DNA of 62,095 nt, counting the filler, from Sphacelaria rigidula (taxonomy: Eukaryota), in the NCBI GenBank assembly GCA_964200075.2. It is 4 parts of 4 records of this genome, joined end to end, with 100 filler letters (N's around TTAATTAATTAA, not from the genome) between each part and the next. Parts side by side here need not be neighbours in the genome. Positions count along the whole stretch, not along the records: positions 15,555 to 31,005 come from CAXNAA020001741.1; positions 31,106 to 46,551 come from CAXNAA020001742.1; 2 more parts are not named here. The stretch is one strand, 5' to 3'. Both the position numbers and the translations under genes were made by a program. A model generated the notes under the pieces. That model worked only from the letters and a program-made list of their open reading frames with translations. It had not been told where the DNA came from and did not search any database. The stretch's first letter is position 1; each line of letters starts with the position of its first letter. This document shows, one piece after another, positions 27,292-38,356 of the stretch.

Positions 27292-30200
27292 CTCCTACTT
27301 TTTTCTGGCGACCCACGGGGCATGCCTGTATGTTGGCGAGTATGTCCTTTAAAGTCGCTGTTCGACCAGGACATGCTAGGCTCTGTTGTAAGCTCGCTTG
27401 TCTGTTGGACATGCACGCCCTGTTACCTATTGAAGACGGCGAGCCTTTGGTACGTGTGGAAGGGTGGGATTGTAAAAAAAATCAAGTGGATTATCACCAA
27501 ATGTTAGCCGAGGGAGCAAGCAAGAGAGTCTACAAGCAAATCAGCGCTGCTGTGGCCCGGCGATGACGGGAGTCATGTTCTCAGGTGGGTTTGCTGTTGA
27601 TTGCCGACTATGGGCTAGGTATTTATCGGTGCTCGCGTGGTGCGATTGGGACTTTGGTTTGTGTTCCAAATTTTTCGCTTATGCTTGGAAATATCGATAC
27701 TCGACGGAAGGCACGGGGTGCTCGGCTCCTGACCGTTGCTTGAATGATAGCTGTCGTGCGTTGGGGTCTTGGTGTCAGGCTCCCAATTCTCGAAAGGTGT
27801 TGTTTCTTCCTCGATACGTGGAGTGCACGCGCCTTGTAAGGTTTGTCAAGGCATTTGCTGGCTGGATGGAGAAAAAAAGGACTGCAGAGCGATGCCGCGA
27901 TAGCCCGCTCGAGAACCAGACCCAAGACTCACAGGGGAAATGGCCATACAGCGTATTATAGCTGGTTTCAGCCTTCATGAATCCCCTCAGATGGGCGACA
28001 TCGGCGAAAACGATCCCAAGCATGCGAGTTTTCAGCTGCTAAGTGTGCTCGGCTTTCGCCATTTTGGTTCACATATAGATTTTGCCACCTCAAACCAGCC
28101 GTTTTCATGCGGGGGGCAATCGCAGCATCACTCTGCAGTATTTGATGGGACTGCAACTACCCGATGTCAACAGTGCCACTCTCGATTTCACAAAACCCGC
28201 GGTAGCCACGCTCTCAGAATATGTAATGGTTAATCGTTGTTGTGGTAGGGTAGGGTACGACCCAGTGGTCCAGGTACTCTTGGAACCAGTGATGGCCCGG
28301 GTAGCCTGAAGATCTCGGTATTGCGAGTATCATACAAATTTGGGGTACCCCAGGACGTTGCCTTCTTCCCCAACCACTGTTGAAAACGTTTGTGCGGAAA
28401 TGTTTTGTCGAGAAGTTTATATGTAAGGAATAGAAGATTTTGGACATGCGGGGTCTTTGTCTGGGAGAAATCGATAAGATCGAGAAATGCTGGCACCGCG
28501 GATACATACTCCGCCATCTATGATATGACCATACAAGAAATGTGGCATGGATGCGGCGGGGTGCGCGCTGCAGCCTTGCCTATTTTCATCAGTCCATTTT
28601 TTTTTAGTTGGGTGTGTTATCTTGGTGCATCTGAAGACAGCTTGCGCTGATGTCAATGTTACGCAGCTAATCAGATAGCCCCTCCGAGCTAACTGTTCGG
28701 AGCCCGAACGCGCAGCCCGAATGTCGGGGATCTGCATCTACATGTTGCAATCAGTGTGATTGCCGTCAGGGAAAAGGTAATTATTGTTGAACACGCGAAA
28801 ATAAAGCCACTCCGCTATGCGTGTCTGTCATGTATGACTTTTTCTCCAACTTCCGCCTTACATATTATTTCTTCGCTGTGTTCATGTCGTTTCTATGTTT
28901 GCCACATTTTAGGCCGTGTGCTGCGCCTTTCAGACGAACTGCTGCAGTCATCGCACCTGCTGGCGTGGCTGCCTCGACCGATGATCACGAAACAATATTG
29001 AATTCCAGCAAGGAAACAAGCAGATGGCAGATGGAGACGTGAAGAATGAAAGCTGCATCTATATGAGATATTATACCTGATATATGCAACAACTTCCCAG
29101 CGTTTTGCGACCTCCGAAAGGACAGCAGTGATAGTCAGGCGAACGAGGAAGGTTGTCTGTGGCATGCTCCTGGACACTCTATTGCATCAATGAAATTCAC
29201 CCGTCAAGGCTTCAGGCGCCAACACATATGGACACTTTCGTTTGTGTCAATGAGTAGCGACGGGCGATGCTGCTCAAGAACCGTGGTACATGTATGACAT
29301 TTCGCCGTGTATACTCTCTTGCTCTAGAAGGGCTGGAGAACGACAGTAGTCCCACTCTTCGTCTTGCGCCCTACTCTGACTAAATGCGTAGGTGTTCAGA
29401 GTGCGGTACGGAGAACTTCGACGTCGATGGTACCAACCAAGATCAGCATTATGTTGACGTGTGATTGGCCCATTGATTGTAAAGCTTTCCTAGATGTTTA
29501 CAGGGAGGAGCATCCGTACATCCAAACTAGGTTTGGGTGACAAACGTCCGCATTGGCACACATTACATGGGTTGACTGCTTTTGTTGAGTCAAGTGGTGC
29601 AATTCCAACTGCCAGGTTAGTTCTATCCGCGAGTGTCGTCGGTGAAGATGACCACTACCATCACTACGAGCACTACAGACTGTCGTGCTTGTAAATACCC
29701 TTGTTGTTCGGGGAGCGGGCGACTGCCTCTGTTGCGATTGATGGGAAATATGACAAATACCGCGACGAGTAGGTCAAATGCCAAGTGCCGAACAAATTTT
29801 GGCATGAGGATCAGGGTTCACCACAAGTGACAAACCCCTCATGAGTTGGTGTGCCATATTCGTAGGCCATCCAGAGGTTATTGTTCGGGATTTTGTGGAA
29901 TCCAGCGTCGATTTTCTTGGTGAGGTCCTGTCTCAGCACATTGGTTTTCGATTGAAATTGTGCAGTGGAAAGCAAAAAAACCCATCTGATAGGTTATGAT
30001 TCCAACCATCTTCAAAATTTACGACGATGTTGAAATTACGACCTATCAGATCGGGATTTTTGCTTTCCACCGCACAATTTCGATCGAAAACCAATGTGCT
30101 GAGACAGGGCCTGAGTGCGGCGACCATGCCGACAAGACTACACGTTACGAGAAATATCTCATCGAGCTTTTTGTTGCTAGGGAAGGCGATGAATTGAATC

Positions 30201-31005
30201 GGCATGACTTGCCCTTGAAAAGCAAGGTAAATTATGCCGATTTCATGGGCCGCCTACCCTGGCGGTGGAAGGGTTAAACGGGATATTGCGGCATTGTGAG
30301 GCCCTTTTGAGAGAGGAATTTCGACAGGCTACTCTTCTCGCCGCAAGCGATATATAAAACACTCGGAAAGTCAACTACGGTGAGGGGGTCTACAAACTTT
30401 GGTGTCTCCAAGGTGCGGCGCATCTCTCAATTCCCTCTCACAAAATGAGGGTTGATACCCCCCCACCCCCCACCTGGCACTCTGCCCCTTTGGCCGTTTA
30501 CGAGTATATTTGCGCATGGGCTGAGAGCCACGATGAAAGGAGCGATTTTGTGAAAAAAACTCCGTATAAGCGTTTGCTGGATTCATTTTTCCAATTTTCC
30601 AATTGGTTCTTGTCTCAGGCTATTCCAGATTCGGCATTGGATTGCTGTGACAGAAAACTGGCTCGTTTTTTCTGAATACTTGAAAAACAAGCAGAACTTT
30701 TATCACTATATTCGTGAGATTCAGAGGGTAGTTTCAGATTCAGAGTGGATACTCTAGCGTTCCTAACAGACAACTGTTCTTTTTCATTGCTTGAGCACAC
30801 GTGCTGTGCATGCAGCTACCGTACACTACCCCATTCGAGTAATTCGGCGGTCTGGTTGGTGAGATACCGCTCAAAGCATTTTTACGCCTGGGGGGGCACT
30901 TCGGAACTGAAACTGTTTCAGGCACTAATCGGTTTTTCCTGAAAGAGGGGATCTTTTGTTGCAATGGACTGACTACGTCGATGCGATCAAGTGATGTGTC
31001 AAATT

Positions 31006-31105
31006 NNNNNNNNNNNNNNNNNNNNNNNNNNNNNNNNNNNNNNNNNNNNTTAATTAATTAANNNNNNNNNNNNNNNNNNNNNNNNNNNNNNNNNNNNNNN
31101 NNNNN
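31006..31105. other. Artificial contig linker
   Basis: Same 100-nt linker. Confidence 0.97.
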
Positions 31106-31179
31106 TTTTTTTTTTTTTTGTCTCTACTCACACCACAGCCTGTCCAACCCTCGCCCCTCTTTTTTTTTTTTTTCATCTG

Positions 31180-31388
31180 TTTTCAGTACCCCACCTCCCT
31201 TCTGCGGTGCTTGTTCTTCTTCTTTATCGCGAGAGAAGTTAAGCAGCCCTTTTCCGTCGTAGACAGTTGAGTCGAAATTTGTGTACCCACGACATGGTCA
31301 CTCTCCACTGTTGGGCATTGTGTGAGAAAAAATCTCGGGTTGCGCCGAGAAACGAACCCCCGACCCAACTGAGCCACCGCGACGACCG
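31180..31388 (-). mobile_element. Second copy of the tRNA-derived SINE-like family
   Basis: Reverse complement shares CAACAGTGGAGAG(T/C)GACCATGTCGTGGGTACAC and ACAAGCACCGCAGAAGGGAGG with the 23333 copy. Confidence 0.7.
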
Positions 31389-31980
31389 GTTTTTGGTGAT
31401 AATGCAAAGAAATAGGTCTCTTCATTCATGTATCCACGAGTGTTCGGAGAATACTCCGCGGGGACAGTGTGCACGAAAGGTGTTGCCGTGGGGAAAACCC
31501 CAGACAAATTTTGATTGTGATCGTCCCGTCGATCCGCCTCAAACACATTCTGTATCAACTTGCCACTGAGCCCTCTAATATCCTCGGTTAGAATATCGAC
31601 GTGTGGCTGTAAGCACACGACATTGGTACAGGCAAAAAAACACATGAAAAAGTGGCGAGCTAGGGCAAATAATGAAACTCGTTACCAATCCTATACTTGA
31701 ATTCTACACTTGATCTAGTCGAGTTTACTTGTTAACTATCGATACAAGCGGTGCGTTCGCACGACTCGAGTGTTTTATGATTGTTGTTAGCCAACTCTCA
31801 AAAGCACGAAGTGCTGTGTTGGTTACAATCATCCTCACGTGGTACAACCAAGAGTTGTACCGCAGCAGTAAATTGTTTTGCCAGGTCCAACTCAGACAGG
31901 ACAAGAGTACAATAACCGTTGATAGCGTGGCAGTCCATTCCAGCAAACCACCTCAACTACTGCCCGAGAGTCTGCATTCC

Positions 31981-34900
31981 TCAGTCCTCGTCATACTGCT
32001 CTCCCTCTTCCTTGGAGCCCTCCTGTTTCACAGCAATTCAAGCGGTTGAGCAGGTCAAGTAGTATGTCAACGTACTGTTTGCCGTGCGACGCGACGTGGC
32101 TTTCTTGGGGTTACACAGTTATGGGTGGGACTGGGGTCCGATTTTGGGTACTATATTTCGGGAAAATGGATCACAAACGCTATATGCATATAGAACCGGA
32201 CCGTAATCAGACGAATCATATCGATCAAAAATACATGCGTTACCTAGAAACGACGACCTGGCTCATATGAAATGTACTATAAACATGGTACATATCTTCA
32301 AGCCTGTGAGTGCTCGGTGTCGAGATGATTTTGTTCCTCCGCATAACTCGCTCCAGATCAGTGGGTGCAAACTCTTGGTGCACTAGTGTTCAGCTGCTGT
32401 ACTACTCGGGAAGCGCACGCGCCCGAGCTGCCACCCCGCGTTCACCACCATTGCAAATATAACAAGACAAGAAGACGAACAGCGGCAGTTGTGGCCGCCA
32501 CACACCAACGCATCTGTAGTGAAAGGCGTGCCTGACATCGTGCTAGAACGAGAGCGTACGGAAATTTGGACACCATGAACAGCAGCGTCACGCATCCCTT
32601 GGGTTCTCTCTCGAAAACGTCTGTCACAAGACGGCCGTGTTTCATCGGTGAACTCGTCCCCTACAAGCCAAGGGGTGAAAGGGCATTCGCTCATGATAAG
32701 TGAGGTTGTCCTTTGTAAACATCCCCACAGAACAGAGCAGCACATGGCGGACCGCCACCAAAGCAAATGTCGTGACATCGGTGCCAAAAAATGTCATCTG
32801 GTCGAAGATGCAAGTTGGTGTAAATCGCATGGTTTACATAGTATTTTCAGTATGTACGGGCAGTCAGTTGAAATATGGTGGCTCTGCTGACCTGTTTATA
32901 TAGTCAGTGTGTAGTCTAAAATGAAAATCGCTCTCGGCGCCCTGGTTTCTCCGCTGGAACCCTCAGATCCAACAGCCGAAGTTAATGTATTTCGTCGCCC
33001 TCTGCGACTCAATACATGAAGAGTACTCGCTGTTGAAAGGCTGATTTGCTTGTGCACAGCCGTAAAGAACGAAGCAGCACCTGGCGGCACGCCACAAAGT
33101 GAAACACGGTCACACACTGCTCGCTACGAGAAAAAAGTATGCAGCTCAAAACGAAGTTGTCGACCGTCGCATAGTTTGCCTCTCACTCTTATATTGGTAT
33201 ATATAAACAGACAGTTACGAAGTACATGACCACAACAGTACAACAGTCGCTAGCAGATGTAAGGCAGTGCAAGTACTACAATCGCTCCAGACGTCTCGGC
33301 TTCTGCACTGGAGCTCTGACACGAAGCAGCCGCTAACTTTGTCTTTCTTCTGTAAACTCCCCCTCTGAAATTCGACGCTTGAAGGGATACTCGCTGTTGA
33401 AAGGCGAAATTGCCTGTTGTGCACAGCTGCACAGAACTAAGCAGCAGCGCCTGCCGACACGCAACCAAACTGCATGTCGTGACAACTTGCGGCGAGAAAA
33501 AACAACATGCGCACCGATTTTTTTTTTAATTTGCGATGTTAGACCTCTATTATAATAGCGCTAGACACTAATCCTCAACCCAAAAGTGCCGATCGCGCAA
33601 CGCGTAGAACTCGGTGACGAAGCGAAGGATTGGACTGCCGTTTCTTGCGTGCGCTTCCCACACACCCAAGCTAGGTCAACCTAATTCACTTTTTCGTTTG
33701 AGCGTGATACTGAGCCGCAACAAACCCAAACGCACAAAAACAAGGTGTTTTGTGCTCTGGGAGGGGGTTTTCTCGCTGCTGGCGCGACGCCAGGAAAATG
33801 TGAAATGGATTCTCCTAGATCTTGTGCGTATGCGGGGGGGTGTGAAGTGCCGTAGGCTGGCTTGCTTCCCGTGCTAGAGCTGTCCCATAGTAAATCAAGT
33901 TTATAAGTGATGAAGCGTGCGTTTTGCTCGAGAGGGCATCGGCACAGGTGCGACCACCTACTGACGTGTTCATTATTCCTCCGCACTTGTGTGTTTTTTT
34001 TAGTTTGTCGCTGATTTTTGGTCGTTAGGCCCTCCATTCCCACCCATAACAGTACAGTGTTTCGTATGCTGCGAGTGAACAAGCCATCCGTGACATGGTA
34101 CTTGACATAGTACTTCAGACAGAATCAACGCTGATTTTGTACTCAGATGCGGAATAGACACCCCTGCGAAGCGCGAAACAGTCGACGTGCATCTAGTCTC
34201 ACAAGCGCACGTTTTGGGTTCATTGCTTTTTACATGAGGTGAAAAGGATACACAATTCTGGAAACGATATGATGGCCCTCATCATAGGCTCAGTATGCTG
34301 CAAGGAACAATCGAGTCAAAACACATCCCGACCCGACTATTTGACATCATACAAAGCTTCTAAAATGGTCGATGAACAGCTGTTGACCAGAACCCAAGAC
34401 TTGAATCCTTGCTGTCGTCGTCACGCACCTCTTCATCATGGTCATCTTCCTCATCAGCAGAAGAAGTATCCTCAGACGCTACGGACACTAAGAAAACTCG
34501 CAACGCTTCAGGATCTACTTGATTGTCGTCGAACATGCTGCGGTCCCGTACGACATTCTTGTGCTGGCTCAGGTACCTGCAGAAGAAGCAACGCGTACAC
34601 AGCGACCCGGTGTCATCATATGTGCAAGCTAGCCCGACTACAGCCTTATCTAACCGTGCCTGCCTCGCGAGTCCAAACCGACCACGGGTTAAGGTAACAA
34701 AACACTCACAGTTGCACCATCTCCAGGGTTTTGCTGTACTGTTTGAGCAGTTGGATAAGGGTCTCCGGTCCAGCCATCTTGCCCTCTTTGTAGCGACCCT
34801 TCACCAATCTCTTCAGCCCCTGTGATTGAAATGGCAACACGTACACGACGCTGAGGGGCGGCGCATATGCCAGCCCACATCTTGAACGGCAGGCAGCGAG

Positions 34901-37900
34901 TGACCTTTTACTCGCGGTGCTTTACAGCGCTGCAAATGTCACCAGACTACGTTACAGCAGGCAAAACTGTGGTGCGTGTGTATACACTTGATAATTCGGG
35001 AAAAGGGATTCTTCCATGAGGCGAGCCTGGACCTCAAGGCCCAAAAGATTCACCTTGACATACAGTCTCCATAGGCCCATCACATCGCGCGCCACAAGAT
35101 TTGCAACCTGGCCGGTGATGGTGTTCATAGTCTTGCGGTCCACCTGGAAATGGGGGAAAAGTTACCCGCGTCAGATCATGGACCCAACGGTATGTTGCAC
35201 CACGTTGTCACAGCAAGGCACGCTTGTATCAGCATCAAAGCTGCGACTAGGCGGACAGCATATTCCGAGGCGTTCAGCGTCACGACAGGGCACCGCCGGC
35301 GACTGCTCATCGATCAGAAAGGGCACTGTGCCCGACATCTGATCTTCCGTGTGTCTGCAGGCAAACAAATTTCAAATGAAATGACTTGGCTCACCTTACA
35401 CCTTGTACCTCTGCAGATGAGCTTGTCCAGACGACGCAAGGCGGCCACAGCTTCCGCCTGGGACGTCTTTTTTCCATAGAGAGCAGATGCTAACTACCAG
35501 CGCAAAAAGGTGGCAAGCACGATCCGAGAGGGTACTGGTGAGGGGACATAGGCGTGTGTCGAACCAACACTTACCATCGTACGACCAACAGGGAAGAGTA
35601 GAAGCAAGTCAAGTCGTTTGTGTCACCTGCTGAGGTCCACCTTGTACCTCCGTCATTCTCGCAAAGGCGAACGAGCCGTACGACCGCAGCAGAGGCAGGA
35701 ATGGTATTCCGGAGCTGGAGACGTCCATGATCCTTGATTGCTGCGTTTTGTTACAGAGTTTTAACGGTTCAAGGGTCGGGCTTATTCCAACAGCGCAAGC
35801 AACTGGAAGTGCGGCGTTTATAATGAAAACACATGACTATTTATCCTGTCGGAATCGCTGTTCCTCACCTCGAAGTAGACCTCATTGCGGTTCTTGTGGT
35901 TGGTCTCGTCCCTCATCCTCAAGAACTGGTTCCGCACCCTGCATCGACACCGCCAAGAGACACGCGACAAGATTTACAGGCGGCAGGACAGATGATAGTA
36001 TAGATATTCATCTTACGCCAAACAAGGGCAGGGCGGCTTGAGCAGACGCAAGTGACTTCATTCCCCACTTCAGCAAATGTGGGGCCGTGCCTATCGTACC
36101 TGACATTCGCCTCTGGAGTGAGGTCCATCGACATGTGATGCAAAATTTGCAGTGCCTTCAACTTCGTCCGGTAGTCCTGTTCTGTCATTCGCAACCACAG
36201 CTTGCGGAGAATCCGCTTGCGGTGGTTTTTTGGCGATCGCGGCGGTTCGCTTCCGATTCCTTCCAAAAATCTCATTGTGTCCTGCTCGTCAAATCCATCA
36301 GGCACAGAGCAACCACACTTGACACGAACCGACAATGTAGGTTTCCAGGGTATACTGCATGCATACAGGTTAGAACCGTGCGCACATATCTTAACTCGCA
36401 CATCTCTCCGAGGACGTGTCGTACAGAAAATTGGTTTGCAAGCTCCAGCGCCAGCCTCCTCACGGAACCGACTCTATAGGCAGATTCGATTGAACCCAAA
36501 CACCACGTACTCATCTAATCAACAGGTACAGTACCACCACAACGTTCTTGTTCAGTCAGGCGCAGCTGGCTTCTACGGTTGTGCTAGGTGCCATATCTTT
36601 GCATGCGTCCCTACAGTCGTTGGGTTCATGCTTCCCTAAAAAAAAAATCGTTTGCGCAGATATTTTTGCTCGAACTTCTCGGAGGATGTTATCGCACCAT
36701 CAATCACCGAGCGTGAGTAACAAATTGATTTTGAGAAAACTGATTATCTCGGGAATACACGCCTCGACACGACACCAACCCGGAGCGTTTATTAAAAGTT
36801 ATCGGTATGGCCAACGATGGCATGGCCTTTTCGTTCTTTGAGCTGGCAGCAACGAGAAAATGAGAGCGCCATGCTACATACACGCACCTTGACCCAGATG
36901 TCATCCAGCACGTTGTCATCAGGCCAAGTCATCTGAATCATAGCCTTCTCCATCGTGCTCGAGAACCAAACTGTTGTCTTCGCAATGTTCCGCCACTCTG
37001 TCATCTGCACGCCAAGCATTGCATACATGAAACATGGCAGCATGCTGCGTTGGGCGTAACCGCCACCACGAAAATGTATGATGGCTGTAAACACTGTGGT
37101 TTAAATGAGCATTATGTACTTGGTGTGTGAGGTATAATAGATGGCAGTGCGGGGAAAGTCGCTAGGGGAAGAAATTCAAAATGCACAGGAGTGCGCAAAG
37201 TGAACAGCCGCAATGTTATGGTGTGACAGTTTTGTAAGCATGCACAGACCAACGTCAAGCCATATTGACAAAACTCTCACATGGAGAGGCAACAGTCCGC
37301 AGTTTGTGTGCTACCCGAATGGCCCCGATAATGGGACAACGAGGTCAGGGGATTGAGGATTGTGTTCCAGCGATTTACCCCAAAATCCGCAGCTTGAAAA
37401 ATAGAGCCTATGAAGAGGAATAGCTTCACCTTTCCCTTCGCATCCTCTTGCATTGCTGCCGCTCGACCCTTCACCGTAGCGGCTATCCCGGAAAGCATGC
37501 TTGGCTTGGGTTGGCCCCTACGGCTTGGCACAAGCTCCATACCATGCCCCCGGCTATGGCCCCGCCGTTCCCTGCTACTGTTCTTGCTCGAATTAGGATA
37601 CCTGTTTTTTGTACATCAACAGCGTAAATTCAAGTATGAGACTCTCGAACTCAGCATAGAGAACAACCAGCAAGCACTACCACATACCTCACGCTACGTC
37701 GGCCTTTCCAGCCCCATCTTGCATGATGGTACGCTACGGAACGACAACTTTGCACACAAGACAGTATAGGCAGTTACAGAACAGAACATACATGACCCCG
37801 TTTGTGTTGCAGGAACCGTCTATCGGAGGCTCTCATCATGTCTTTTCAAGAACACAGCAGGAATATTTACACATGAAGGATGCCAGAGCCCAACCTGGAG

Positions 37901-38208
37901 CGAGATGGAGATGAGGAGGAGGGGCGTACACGTCTACGGTCGCTCGTGGGTCCCTTGTTTTCCGGATTTCTGTCGGGCTTGCTTCTTGAGGATCGTCGCG
38001 CAGTACCAGCTGTGATTGCGTGTTCGCGGGACTCCCAGTCCTCGTCCTTGGTATCCTTGTTCGTTCGCCTGGGATGACCGCTGGCAACGCTTGACACGCG
38101 GCGATGGCTGCTGCCTCGCGACGCCCCCTTGGAGGCAGCTACAGCACAATCAACTGCCAACAGGGCAGCCACTGCCATGGCCAGCAGTGTCAGTCGACGG
38201 TGACCCAT
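31981..38208 (-). CDS. ANTH/ENTH-like domain protein with N-terminal signal peptide, S/R-rich linker and acidic tail (~480 aa)
   Basis: Phase-consistent GT-AG exons: 38208(or 38229)-37895, 37601-37430, 37004-36888, 36281-36100, 35938-35869, 35740-35648(or 35627), 35493-35395, 35143-35054, 34819-34710, 34576-34429, 32022-31981. An alternative model reads through to a stop at 34360. ANTH-like segments: EKAMIQMTWPDD, LRKLWLRMTEQDYRTKLKALQILH, LRSYGSFAFAR, NTITGQVANLVARDVMGLWRLY. The gene structure is well supported; the domain call is by eye. Confidence 0.75.
33020..33470 (+). repeat. Diverged direct repeat pair
   Basis: TACTCGCTGTTGAAAGGC...TGTGCACAGC...AAGCAGCA at about 33024 and 33388. Confidence 0.6.
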
Positions 38209-38356
38209 GGCAGTGGGAAGCTCCTTCATGGGAGTTCGACGGGCACGTGTCTATCGTTTGACGGCTGTCCTGCGATGGCATGCAGGAGGATACAAATTAG
38301 AGTTGTCATTTTCCAGCCGAGACGCGCGCAAGCGTACCCATCAGTATTTGTAAAGG

